Shown piece after piece: positions 25,486 through 34,175 of a stretch of DNA of 64,000 nucleotides (position 1 is its first letter; every line of letters starts with the position of its first letter). The notes below the pieces were generated by a model. The model was not told the origin of the DNA, did not search any database, and worked only from the letters and a program-made list of their open reading frames with translations. Where the stretch lies: the NCBI GenBank assembly GCA_030430675.1, contig JAUIKU010000001.1, forward strand, positions 4,152-68,151, read 5' to 3'. The stretch is from Bacteroidia bacterium. GTDB lineage: Bacteria > Bacteroidota > Bacteroidia > Cytophagales > Cyclobacteriaceae. The position numbers were made by a program, and so were the translations under genes.

Positions 25486-28400
25486 CTACAATTGTTCTTG
25501 CTGCTGGCCGATTTGCGCTGCCACCCAATTCCGGGCATTGGCAAATGCTTCCATCCAGGGGGTAACCCGGGCGTTATCAGGCAAACCGGCTTTGTGAGCC
25601 CAGTGCCAGGGAAAGATCGATCGTTCCAGGTGTGGCATCATGGCCAGATGTCTGCCGTCTTCCGAACAGATAGCGGCGGCGTTGTATTGCGACCCGTTGG
25701 GGTTGCCTGGATATTGTTCATAACCATAAGTGGCAGCGATATGGTAGTGATTTGGTTCCATGGGAAATTGGAACTGACCTTCACCATGTGCCACCCAGAT
25801 ACCCAGTCGGGAACCAACCAGGGATCGTAACATGATACTGGGAGTTTCATGGATGTCCACACTTAAAAAGGCCGATTCGAATTTGCCCGATTGGTTATGC
25901 AGCATCCTGGGATGTTCCCGGTGTTCCGGATGGATCAATCCCAGCTCCATCATCAACTGGCAACCATTGCAGACCCCCAGGCTAAGAGTATCCGGTCTGC
26001 TGTAAAAGCTGTCCAGAGCTTCCTTAGCTTTTTCATTATAACGAAAGGCCCCTGCCCATCCCTTGGCAGACCCCAATACATCGGAATTGCTGAAGCCGCC
26101 TACAAATACGATGAAGTTGATATCTTCCAGTGTTTCACGTCCGGTTACCAAATCCGTCATATGCACATCTTTGACTTCAAATCCGGCCAGGTATAGAGAA
26201 TAAGCCATCTCACGATCACCATTGACTCCTTTTTCCCTGATAATGGCAGCCTTGCAGGGGCTGGGAGCAGTGTGCGTCGGGCTTAGTGATAAAGAAGCGT
26301 GTGTTCCGGTAAAATGATCCGGAATCCGGAAATCAAGAGGTTGCTGATTATAATTTTGATACCGTTGCCTGGCCAATTCGGGTTTGGTCTGATGCTGATC
26401 CAGCAGGTAGGATGTTTCAAACCATTGATTCCGGTATCGGTGAATATCCAGACTGTAATTTCCAGCGCCTACCTTTATTTTGGCGGTGGGTGCACCGGTG
26501 ACTTCACCGAGTATTTGATAACCTATTTCCTGCCCCTGCAAAATAGCGGCTACTTCCTGAATTTCGGATACCTGGAGAACAACCGCAGGATTTTCATTGA
26601 ACAGAATCTTTACTTCATCTGGTCCCAAAGAGGATAGATCAATTGAGAACCCGGTGGATACATTGGGAAATGTCATTTCCAACAGGGCTACCAGAAGGCC
26701 ACCTTCACTTACATCATGTCCTGCTAACACCAGGCCCTCCAATATCAATTGCTGTACCGCCGTAAACCCGCGTTTGAAATAATTGATATCCGATATATCG
26801 GGAGTGGAACCTCCCAGTTGGTTTAACACCTGTCCTAAACTGGATCCTCCCAAATTATGGGGGCAAGACGACAGGTCGATATAGACCAACTTGCTATGTT
26901 CTGCGTGCTTTAGTTCCGGGGTGACCACCCGGGTAATGTCACTTACTTCGGAACAAGCTGAAACGATCACGGTTCCGGGTGCCGGCACGGTGGTACCATC
27001 GGGATATTTTTGCTTAAGGCTTAGGGAGTCTTTTCCGGTGGGGACGTTTATTCCCAGCTGGCAAGCCATATCGCTAAGGGCTTTCACCGCGCTGTATAGC
27101 CGCGCATCTTCGCCATCGGATTTTGCCGGCCACATCCAGTTGGCACTCAGGGATACTCCTGCTAATCCATTGGATAACGGGGCCCAGACCAGGTTGGTTA
27201 ATGCCTCAGCTACGGAGAGCCGGGATCCTGCCGCCGCATCCAATAACGCGGGTACCGGGGCATGGCCTATTGAGGTGGCTACACCTTTATTGCCGGCATA
27301 ATCCAAGGCCGCTACTCCCAGGTTGTTAAGTGGCAATTGTAGGGCACCGGTGGTTTGTTGCAGAGCTACCTTGCCAGTTACGGAGCGGTCCACCTTATTG
27401 GTAAGCCAGTCTTTACAACCTACACTTTCCAGTTGCAGTACCATTGAAAGATATGATTCAATTTTATCCGGTTCATAAGATAACGGAGTGAAATTGCTCT
27501 CCCGTGTTTTATCATTCAACACTGTTTTGGGAGAGCTGCCGAACAGATGTTTGAGCTCCATGTCCATGGGGTTCGGCGGGTTTTTCGACTCGAACTTCAG
27601 ATGATGATCTCCGGTTATTTCACCTACCTGATAGATAGGGGCCCGCTCTCTTTCTGATACCGTTCTCAGCAAATCCACATCCTGTGATTTAAGTACCAGT
27701 CCCATGCGCTCCTGGCTTTCATTGCCCACAATTTCTTTGGCGCTCAGGGTAGGATCGCCCACCGGTAATTTATCCATGGAAATGGTGCCCCCTGTATCTT
27801 CGACCAGTTCCGAGAGACAGTTGAGATGCCCACCGGCACCATGGTCGTGTATGGATACAATGGGATTTGAATCACTTTCGGCCATGGCCCGGATGGCGTT
27901 GGCCACTCTTTTTTGCATTTCCGGATTGGCCCGTTGTACCGCATTTAACTCCAGGCTGTGATGGTATTCACCGGTAGCTACGGAGCTAACCGCGCCACCA
28001 CCCATACCAATGCGATAGTTATCGCCTCCCAGTACTATGATCTGATCACCTTTATGCGGGTGGTCTTTCCTGCTATGATTGGCATTGGCAAATCCGATGC
28101 CACCGGCCAGCATAATCACTTTGTCATAGCCTGTAATCTGATCCTGACCCTGGTGTTCGAAGGTCAATACACTGCCGCATATTAGCGGCTGACCAAACTT
28201 GTTGCCAAAGTCGCTGGCACCATTAGAGGCCTTGATCAACAGGTCCAAAGGTGTCTGGTAGCGCCAGCTTCTGGCGGGGATCTTAGATTCCCATGGCTTG
28301 GGCTGGCTCAGGCGGCTATAAGGTGTCATGTAAACCGCAGTACCCGCCAGAGGGATACTGGCCTTTCCTCCCGCCAACCGATCCCTGATTTCACCTCCGG

Positions 28401-29190
28401 TACCGGTAGAGGCCCCGTTGAACGGTTCCACGGTGGTGGGGAAATTATGTGTTTCCGCCTTTAAAGAGATTACCGATTCAATTTCCCTGGTCTGGAAAAA
28501 ATCGGGTCCATGCGATGTCCTGGGGGCAAATTGTTCAATCACCGGTCCCGTAATGAAGGCCACATTGTCCTTATAGGCAGAGACCAGGTTATCGGGACTG
28601 GCCTTTGAGGTGTCCTTGATCATCTGGAATAATGACTTCTCCTGGGTTATGCCATCGATGATGAATTGTCCGTTGAAGATCTTGTGCCGACAGTGCTCCG
28701 AGTTGACCTGAGAGAATCCGAACACCTCACTATCGGTCAGACTACGTCCTAACTCCCGACTTACACCCTCCAAATAGTCCACTTCATCCTGGCTAAGTGC
28801 CAGTCCTTCCTGCTGGTTATAGCTGTTGATATCATCTATATAGATCACCGGGTCTGCCTGTTTGTCCACGGTAAAAATTGATTGGTCCAGGCCCTGGTAT
28901 TTTACCTGTAGCATGGGGTCAACCTGGTAATCTGGCTCAATCCGGGTAAACTCTTCAATCCTGGCAATACCCACAATGCCCATATTCTGCGTTATTTCCA
29001 CCGCATTGGTACTCCAGGGAGTGATCATTTCCTTGCGGGGGCCACAGAAAACACCGCCCACGGAAGAATCCGGTGATTTATCCGCTCCACCAAAGAGCCA
29101 TTGCAATTTTTCCAGGTCGGAGTTTGAGAGTTCGGAAGAGGTTTGGATTGCGAAAATAGTAGTATCAGGTACTAAAAAAAAAGTCACCAT
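25486..29190 (-). CDS. purL: Phosphoribosylformylglycinamidine synthase (single-chain large PurL)
   Basis: At 1234 aa it has an FGAM synthetase body and a C-terminal glutamine amidotransferase domain (…LSLGVCNGCQLMMELG…, …VAHGEG…). Confidence 0.95.
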   Translation of the reverse strand: MVTFFLVPDTTIFAIQTSSELSNSDLEKLQWLFGGADKSPDSSVGGVFCGPRKEMITPWSTNAVEITQNMGIVGIARIEEFTRIEPDYQVDPMLQVKYQGLDQSIFTVDKQADPVIYIDDINSYNQQEGLALSQDEVDYLEGVSRELGRSLTDSEVFGFSQVNSEHCRHKIFNGQFIIDGITQEKSLFQMIKDTSKASPDNLVSAYKDNVAFITGPVIEQFAPRTSHGPDFFQTREIESVISLKAETHNFPTTVEPFNGASTGTGGEIRDRLAGGKASIPLAGTAVYMTPYSRLSQPKPWESKIPARSWRYQTPLDLLIKASNGASDFGNKFGQPLICGSVLTFEHQGQDQITGYDKVIMLAGGIGFANANHSRKDHPHKGDQIIVLGGDNYRIGMGGGAVSSVATGEYHHSLELNAVQRANPEMQKRVANAIRAMAESDSNPIVSIHDHGAGGHLNCLSELVEDTGGTISMDKLPVGDPTLSAKEIVGNESQERMGLVLKSQDVDLLRTVSERERAPIYQVGEITGDHHLKFESKNPPNPMDMELKHLFGSSPKTVLNDKTRESNFTPLSYEPDKIESYLSMVLQLESVGCKDWLTNKVDRSVTGKVALQQTTGALQLPLNNLGVAALDYAGNKGVATSIGHAPVPALLDAAAGSRLSVAEALTNLVWAPLSNGLAGVSLSANWMWPAKSDGEDARLYSAVKALSDMACQLGINVPTGKDSLSLKQKYPDGTTVPAPGTVIVSACSEVSDITRVVTPELKHAEHSKLVYIDLSSCPHNLGGSSLGQVLNQLGGSTPDISDINYFKRGFTAVQQLILEGLVLAGHDVSEGGLLVALLEMTFPNVSTGFSIDLSSLGPDEVKILFNENPAVVLQVSEIQEVAAILQGQEIGYQILGEVTGAPTAKIKVGAGNYSLDIHRYRNQWFETSYLLDQHQTKPELARQRYQNYNQQPLDFRIPDHFTGTHASLSLSPTHTAPSPCKAAIIREKGVNGDREMAYSLYLAGFEVKDVHMTDLVTGRETLEDINFIVFVGGFSNSDVLGSAKGWAGAFRYNEKAKEALDSFYSRPDTLSLGVCNGCQLMMELGLIHPEHREHPRMLHNQSGKFESAFLSVDIHETPSIMLRSLVGSRLGIWVAHGEGQFQFPMEPNHYHIAATYGYEQYPGNPNGSQYNAAAICSEDGRHLAMMPHLERSIFPWHWAHKAGLPDNARVTPWMEAFANARNWVAAQIGQQQEQL

Positions 29191-29269
29191 ATTCAGAAGG
29201 AAGCGATGGGTTATCTATACCGGCAAATGTACCTAATATAGAGATAAGTTTGTAGTGTTAAGATTTAAC

Positions 29270-30343
29270 TTATTGTACGGATTCAACAGCGTACAACGCT
29301 ATCGGTTTTTCTTTTCCCCTGGGTACCGTTTCTTCAATAAACTCTATTTTCAGCCCATTTTGACTATTGATTTTTTCAGCAACTTGACCTGAGATCAACA
29401 GGTCATGCCCCAGCCGCTTACAATCCTCCTGGATTCGTGCAGTGGTATTCATAACGTCTCCGATGAAAAGTATTTCTTTCTTTAATTCTCCTACCCAGGT
29501 GACCAATACCTGTCCCACATGGATACCAGTACGAAACCTGGGTAAGTGGCCATATTTTTGACCATAATACTCCGCAAGATTATCAATGGTTTGTTGTATT
29601 CCGATAATGCAATCAATTACATTGTTGTTTTCAAATCCCCGATGAGGCTCCCAGCAAAGAATTATTTCATCCCCTACATATTGATAAATTTCTGCTTTGG
29701 TATTACTGATAGGTTTGGAAATATCTGAGTAGTAGTCTTTGAGAAACTGTCCAAACTTGCGATGGCCGAGATGTTCGGCAATGGTGGTAGATCCCACCAG
29801 ATCAATAAAAGCAAATATTCTTTCCACTTCCTTGGGTTGATGATACCTGCCGCTAATAAAGTCCAGTAGTTCTCCCTTTCGATGAAGACTGTTGATCTGG
29901 ACCACCGAAGAATGAATAAGAATCAGGAGAAATATTGTCCATAGATTTATTACAAACATCTCTGAATTCAGGTATTCAATCATGCCTTCCAGAAATTCTT
30001 TTCCATTGATCATCTCCCAGATGCCGTTAACCAGTATCAGGCTTGAAGAAAGAATCAGGGTATAGCTAATGGCTTTTACCAGTACCAGGTATAAAAATGT
30101 TCGTTTCCTGAAGTGATTGATAAAAGTAAGATCAAAAACTCCGATCAGCGTGCCTATTAACATACCGCTTATTCCCGCTCTAAGAATTAATGGCCATAAA
30201 GGCTTGGGATCCGTACTTTGAGTAAGGGCATGTTCTATTATGGCATAAATTACCCCAATGAACAGAAAGGGTAGACCGTGTTTGGCAATAATCGATTTGA
30301 CGGATTTCATCCGCCCAGCTTTAATAGTGAGTACATGCTTCAA
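29270..30343 (-). CDS. Membrane-bound class III adenylate/guanylate cyclase
   Basis: The N-terminal half has multiple TM segments. The cyclase domain carries FAFIDLVGSTTIAE…YVGDEII…GIHVGQV…GDVMNTTARIQ. Confidence 0.8.
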   Translation of the reverse strand: MKHVLTIKAGRMKSVKSIIAKHGLPFLFIGVIYAIIEHALTQSTDPKPLWPLILRAGISGMLIGTLIGVFDLTFINHFRKRTFLYLVLVKAISYTLILSSSLILVNGIWEMINGKEFLEGMIEYLNSEMFVINLWTIFLLILIHSSVVQINSLHRKGELLDFISGRYHQPKEVERIFAFIDLVGSTTIAEHLGHRKFGQFLKDYYSDISKPISNTKAEIYQYVGDEIILCWEPHRGFENNNVIDCIIGIQQTIDNLAEYYGQKYGHLPRFRTGIHVGQVLVTWVGELKKEILFIGDVMNTTARIQEDCKRLGHDLLISGQVAEKINSQNGLKIEFIEETVPRGKEKPIALYAVESVQ

Positions 30344-30416
30344 CTAAAGTGCATAAATTTCCCTGTTCATGCAACTCAGGCTTACAAGTCCCTGTATTGG
30401 TGATAGCAGGTATTTT

Positions 30417-30827
30417 CTACAAGTGCTTTATATCGATCTTACGTCGTTGGTCTTCGGTGATTTCCTGAAACGGCAGTATAATCTGCAGCTGTCCGGGCTG
30501 GTAGTGTGCCACAATATTGGCGGTATCGACATAAGCTGGCAAATTAAACGTACGTGTCATTATAGGATGGTATGCGGCGGCTTCCGTATAGGGATGGGGT
30601 AGATTGACAGCTATATTTAGCCTGTTCAGATCAAGCATAATGTCATAGGCGTCCATGCTTACGCCTGGAGCAGTTATTTTTATTACAAATTCATTTTGAT
30701 GCTGTTTTACACTTACTCCAACCTGTACACGCCCCCCGTTCAATGTGTTTAATACATCACCGTGTTTCAATAAATTGATCAGCGCTTTCTTATTCTTCAA
30801 CAAATTCATCATTTCTCCTCTTTTCAC
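30417..30827 (-). CDS. Hsp20/alpha-crystallin family small heat-shock protein
   Basis: An alpha-crystallin-like core is present (…EFVIKITAPGVSMDAYDIMLDLNRLNIAV…AHYQPGQLQIILP). Confidence 0.75.
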   Translation of the reverse strand: MKRGEMMNLLKNKKALINLLKHGDVLNTLNGGRVQVGVSVKQHQNEFVIKITAPGVSMDAYDIMLDLNRLNIAVNLPHPYTEAAAYHPIMTRTFNLPAYVDTANIVAHYQPGQLQIILPFQEITEDQRRKIDIKHL

Positions 30828-30896
30828 ACTGGTAATTGAGCAAAATGTGTACCAGGTGACAAAATCGCTGTTTTTATGACAGAATGACCGGGTTCA

Positions 30897-30924
30897 ATTA
30901 AGGATTAAGGATTAAGGATTAAGA
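30897..30924. repeat. Tandem heptamer array (ATTAAGG) x4
   Basis: Read directly: attaagg attaagg attaagg attaaga. Confidence 0.9.
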
Positions 30925-30941
30925 ATGCTCCATGCCCCATA

Positions 30942-31004
30942 CCCTCTGCTCTAAGCTCTCTGCCCTCTGCTCTCTGCTCTCTGCTCTCTGCCCTCTGCCC
31001 TCCG
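30942..31004. repeat. Tandem heptamer array (CYCTCTG) x9, G-tract-rich on the - strand
   Basis: Read directly: CCCTCTG CTCTAAG CTCTCTG CCCTCTG CTCTCTG CTCTCTG CTCTCTG CCCTCTG CCCTCCG. The array lies between the lipoprotein stop and the hsp20 upstream region. Confidence 0.9.
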
Positions 31005-31005
31005 C

Positions 31006-31533
31006 CTATTCCGGAGCCGCATACTGAAACCGGGTGAAGATTTCGACAATTTTTTGTTCTACCTTTTCCAGGTTGTCATCTCTCCGGGGTTTAAGAGTAA
31101 GGTCTGCACTACCGGTCCATACGGTTTTCTTGGAGCCAGCCTCAATCATTTCAATTTCCACCAAAGCTTCAACGTCCTGAGGTTGGACAGAATAATCATA
31201 GGTGGGATAGTACCAGTAGTAGGAGTACCGATCGTATCGTTGGTTTGGAGTATTTTGACTCAGTCCGGTGCTAATATCGTAATCAATTATCAGATCGGGA
31301 TCGTGACTGTATTGATAGCCTCTGGATTGCATTTGATCAGCAATTAACTGGTCAACCCTTTCAAAAGTATCACGAGCTTTATTGGAGAGCTCCTTTATTT
31401 TTGAATGGGGTTTAATGCTAAAACTGCGGTAGCGGTCAAACTCGGCGCCGGCATGCGCATAGGTTATTATTCGCGGGGAGCTGCATCCGAAGCAAAAGCA
31501 CAGCAGCAATAAGGTCAGAAGTCTGGTCTTCAT
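31006..31533 (-). CDS. Lipoprotein (DUF4136-like)
   Basis: The lipobox is LLLLCFCFGCSS. Size and composition match DUF4136-type lipoproteins as I recall them. Confidence 0.6.
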   Translation of the reverse strand: MKTRLLTLLLLCFCFGCSSPRIITYAHAGAEFDRYRSFSIKPHSKIKELSNKARDTFERVDQLIADQMQSRGYQYSHDPDLIIDYDISTGLSQNTPNQRYDRYSYYWYYPTYDYSVQPQDVEALVEIEMIEAGSKKTVWTGSADLTLKPRRDDNLEKVEQKIVEIFTRFQYAAPE

Positions 31534-31798
31534 TATTCAGAAATTTACAAAACAAAAAGTAGTCAGCAAAACAACACTCAGCACACCAGGCTCAATCCTG
31601 GAATATTGTTCGAAATCCAGACTGGCATTCTTCCGATTTTACCTGTTATCTTGCCATAAGGGTTTACACCGGTAGTACCGTCTTTTCTTTAACAACCAAT
31701 GGAAAAAGCGCGCTGTTCATCTAACCTTGTCAGATGAATAGCATTACTGAAAGCGGCAAAACTAAAATTTAAATCTTACTATATAAACACCTGTAACT

Positions 31799-33193
31799 AT
31801 GAAAGAACAATCGAACCAATCTACCCGCAGGGGCTTCTTAAATACCTTGGGATTAGGTGGGCTGAGCCTGGCAGGAATGGCCTTTTCGCCCATCGAAGAG
31901 CAGCTGGAATATTCCACCCAAAAGGTAAATAGAAATTCTGCGCCATCGGATTTGAAGATAACCGATATGCGAATTGCTGAAATAAGTGGAGTGGTTTTTA
32001 GAACCCCCATCGTGAGAATTTATACCAACCAGGGTATTATCGGACACGGTGATGTGCGCGATGGAGCTGCCAAGGAATATGCCTTGTTCCTGAAGAGCCG
32101 GATACTGGGCGAAAACCCCTGTAACGTGGAGCGCCTGTTTAAGATCATAAAGCAATTTGGGCATCACGGTCGACAGGGGGGTGGTGTTTCGGGAGTTGAA
32201 ATGGCCCTTTGGGATATCGTAGGAAAAGCTTATGGGGTACCGGTATACCAGCTGCTGGGTGGAAAATACCGGGACCGGGTTCGGGTTTACTGCGATACCA
32301 CGGTTTCTAACGATCCTCATGAATACGCCAAAAGAATGCAGGAGCGGATCGATAAGGGTTATACGGCGCTAAAAATGGATATAGGCACCAGGCTGCTGAG
32401 TAATTTCCCGGGAACTTTGATCAACGCCCCCGACGGTCCCTATGATCCATACAAATACGAATACCGGAACTATCGACTAACCCAGCATCCGTTTACCCGA
32501 ATGCAGGTGACCGATAAGGGCGTTGCAAAGCTTTGTGAATTTCTGGAGGTAATGCGCAATCAGATCGGCTACGAAATTCCTATGGGTACTGATCACTGGG
32601 GCCATTTTGGGGTAAATGAAGCCATTAAGATCGCCCGGGCGGTAGAGAAGTACAACCTGGCGTATATCGAAGACATCATTCCCTGGCATTACACCGATCA
32701 GTGGCGGGAGATTACCACCTCTACCACCACCCCCACCCAGACAGGAGAGGACATATTTGCTTTGGAAGGAGGGTTTATAGATTTGATTGACAACCGTGCA
32801 GTAGATATCGTTCACCCTGATCCCAATACCGCTGGTGGTATACTGGAGACCAAGCGAATCGGTGATTATGCCTCCAGTCGTGGTATCGGCTTTATGCACC
32901 ATCACGCGGCCGGGCCGGTCTCATTCCTGGGCTGTGTCCACAGCGCTGCTGCCACTGAGAACTTCATGTGGTTGGAACACCATGCCGTGGATAAACCCAA
33001 GTGGGAAGATTTAGTGACCGGTATTGAGAAGCCTATTGTTCAGGATGGATACGTTAAGGTTCCTGAAAAGCCCGGCATTGGCGTCGAACTCAACGAAGAT
33101 GTAGTCAAAGAATTTCTGGTGGAGGGAGAAAAGTTATTTGCTCCAACACCTGAATGGGATGAGATCAGGGCCAATGACAGGTTATGGAGCTAG
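31799..33193 (+). CDS. Enolase-superfamily enzyme (mandelate racemase/muconate lactonizing family, sugar-acid dehydratase-like) with Tat-type signal
   Basis: The N-terminus is STRRGFLNTLGLGGLSLAG. MR/MLE-like segments are present (…GVSGVEMALWDIVGKAYGVPVYQLLGG…, …YIEDIIP…). Confidence 0.8.
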   Translation: MKEQSNQSTRRGFLNTLGLGGLSLAGMAFSPIEEQLEYSTQKVNRNSAPSDLKITDMRIAEISGVVFRTPIVRIYTNQGIIGHGDVRDGAAKEYALFLKSRILGENPCNVERLFKIIKQFGHHGRQGGGVSGVEMALWDIVGKAYGVPVYQLLGGKYRDRVRVYCDTTVSNDPHEYAKRMQERIDKGYTALKMDIGTRLLSNFPGTLINAPDGPYDPYKYEYRNYRLTQHPFTRMQVTDKGVAKLCEFLEVMRNQIGYEIPMGTDHWGHFGVNEAIKIARAVEKYNLAYIEDIIPWHYTDQWREITTSTTTPTQTGEDIFALEGGFIDLIDNRAVDIVHPDPNTAGGILETKRIGDYASSRGIGFMHHHAAGPVSFLGCVHSAAATENFMWLEHHAVDKPKWEDLVTGIEKPIVQDGYVKVPEKPGIGVELNEDVVKEFLVEGEKLFAPTPEWDEIRANDRLWS

Positions 33194-33201
33194 CCCCTGG
33201 G

Positions 33202-33322
33202 GAATGTTGAATGTCGACTGTCGAATACGGAATGCCCAATGAATGCGGAAGGTTAATATTTAATTTCAGAAGTTAGAGATTTAAAATTAACTTGGGTGTT
33301 CGACATCCGGCATTCAACATTC
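33202..33322. repeat. Imperfect inverted repeat flanking an AT-rich spacer, GAATG-rich
   Basis: The left arm is gaatgttgaatgtcga (33202-33217). The right arm is tcgac[atccggc]attcaacattc (33300-33322). GAATG/CATTC is reiterated. Confidence 0.6.
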
Positions 33323-33329
33323 GATATTC

Positions 33330-34175
33330 ATGAGGCTCTTAGTTTCAAACGATACAATTTTGGGTGAAGGTCCCGCATGGGATCACAGAAACAACACCCT
33401 ATACTGGGTTGATATCCAAAGGGGACACCTGCAGGCCTATGATTATGCTTCTGGCGAAAACAGTATTTACCCCATGGGTGAATTTGTAGGTGCAGCTGTT
33501 CCCACTACCGATGGCAGATTAATAGTAGCACTTCAGAATAGGCTGGGCATTTTTGATGTTGAGACCAGGCAGTTGGATATTGTCTGTACCCCGGAGCCGG
33601 GTCAGATTTCAAATCGTTTTAATGATGGAAAATGTGATCCGGCAGGGAGATTCTGGATTGGTTCCACCCAAATTAACCATCAGGATCCCACTGGAAAGCT
33701 GTATTGTGTGGCACCCTCTTTTGCTTTCTCATCGAAGTTGGACGATCTGTTGATATCCAACGGTTTGGCCTGGTCCCTCGACCACAAAACCATGTACTTT
33801 ATCGATAGCCCCACTCACAAAGTGGGAGAATTCGATTATGATGAAACTTCCGGCGAAATTGAGTTTCGACGAAACGCGCTCTCTTTCGACCAGCGGCAGG
33901 GCACTCCCGATGGTATGTGTATCGATTCAGAAGGTATGTTGTGGATAGCTTTCTATGGAGGAGGTAAAGTGGCTTGCTATGATCCTGGGAGTGGTCGATG
34001 CCTGAAGGAGATACCGGTTCCTGCCCGAAATACTACGTCCTGTTGTTTTGGAGGCCCCGATTTGGATGTTTTATTTATTACCACTGCCAAAAGGGACGAT
34101 CCTCAGGGTGGAGGACTGTATTGCTGTAGCCCTGGAGTTGGCGGGCTCCCTACTAATTTTTTTGGTAAACCATGA
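33330..34175 (+). CDS. SMP-30/gluconolactonase/LRE-family protein
   Basis: It carries LGEGPAWDHRNNTLYWVDI and other beta-propeller lactonase hallmarks. Confidence 0.85.
   Translation: MRLLVSNDTILGEGPAWDHRNNTLYWVDIQRGHLQAYDYASGENSIYPMGEFVGAAVPTTDGRLIVALQNRLGIFDVETRQLDIVCTPEPGQISNRFNDGKCDPAGRFWIGSTQINHQDPTGKLYCVAPSFAFSSKLDDLLISNGLAWSLDHKTMYFIDSPTHKVGEFDYDETSGEIEFRRNALSFDQRQGTPDGMCIDSEGMLWIAFYGGGKVACYDPGSGRCLKEIPVPARNTTSCCFGGPDLDVLFITTAKRDDPQGGGLYCCSPGVGGLPTNFFGKP

Noticed and set aside
30897-31004. Possible CRISPR array (also considered for 60633-60686)
   Set aside because: Repeat units are only 6-7 bp and directly tandem with no spacers. No cas genes are present. These are microsatellite-like arrays.
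31853-32905. 155-aa and 142-aa - strand ORFs inside the enolase-superfamily gene
   Set aside because: Both are antisense shadows of a well-supported + strand CDS.
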